Assembly (NCBI GenBank): GCA_024679065.1
Contig: JAGIQG010000005.1
Coordinates: 50,716,001 to 50,780,000 of the forward strand
Length of the DNA stretch: 64,000 nt
Source: Sphyrna mokarran
Taxonomy: Eukaryota
Direction: 5' to 3'
The position numbers were made by a program, and so were the translations under genes. Shown here in pieces: positions 63,601 to 64,000 of the stretch (positions are counted from its first letter, which is position 1; every line of letters begins with the position of its first letter). The notes below the pieces were generated by a model. The model had not been told where the DNA came from and ran no database searches. It worked only from the letters and a program-made list of their open reading frames with translations.

Positions 63601-64000
63601 AACTTTGTTAAGTTTGTGCCGTATTCATCAACCTTCGCGTAATTGGATTGTGACAGGCTTATCTAATATCACAATTCTGGGATGTGCTATGATATTGTAA
63701 TAGCATGACCTCTACCTTGAGCTTCAGTAAATTAGGACACTCGTGTCAGTTTTTAAATTCTCCTGGGGAAAGGATAAGCTATAAAGTCCGTCAACTATAG
63801 GATGCATGCATATAACCAGCCGACTTAAATTGATCAAAAATGTACTCATGCCAATAGCTGCAGGGTGGGTCTGGCTCATTACAATACATTAAAACGTTAT
63901 AAACAAAGCTTTGTCAAACAATTTCTTTTCAGTCATTTGACCCTGTATAAAGTAAGACGTTCCTACTTACGCTGCAATAATGAATATCAATCGGTTTGCT
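57670..64000. promoter_or_regulatory. CpG-retaining, TE-free unique segment, candidate enhancer region
   Basis: No TE recognised; octamers at 59614, 60597, 63320; X-box 61424-61438; CRE 62072-62079. Confidence 0.45.
62120..62550 (+). repeat. Long polypyrimidine low-complexity tract
   Basis: About 430 bp strongly C/T-biased on the plus strand. Confidence 0.8.

Overview
Vertebrate genomic DNA, very probably from a shark: the repeats are HE1-type V-SINEs and elasmobranch-type CR1/L2 LINEs. There is one intact gene, the intronless class III POU factor pou3f2 (Brn-2; 29182-30321, minus strand). It lies in a CpG-retaining, TE-poor domain (~15.9-34.4 kb), and similar unique sequence reappears upstream (~51.6-54.1 and ~57.7-64 kb). 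The rest is CpG-depleted, nested transposon debris. This includes many CR1 fragments, an L2, V-SINEs with two different tails, a decayed Gypsy element with the Gmr1-type order gag-PR-IN-RT-RH, a very old gag-pro-RT relic, an unassigned coding-like relic, Penelope-type repeats with dead hammerhead-like cores, and a GAGAGT/GAATCT minisatellite split by insertions. I found no rRNA, tRNA or CRISPR array, and no clearly new biological system. The best leads are the regulatory architecture around pou3f2 (split hypomethylated domain, possible divergent lncRNA, uORF) and the unusual retroelement relics. TE boundaries were read by eye and are approximate. Comparisons with other species are from memory and need checking.
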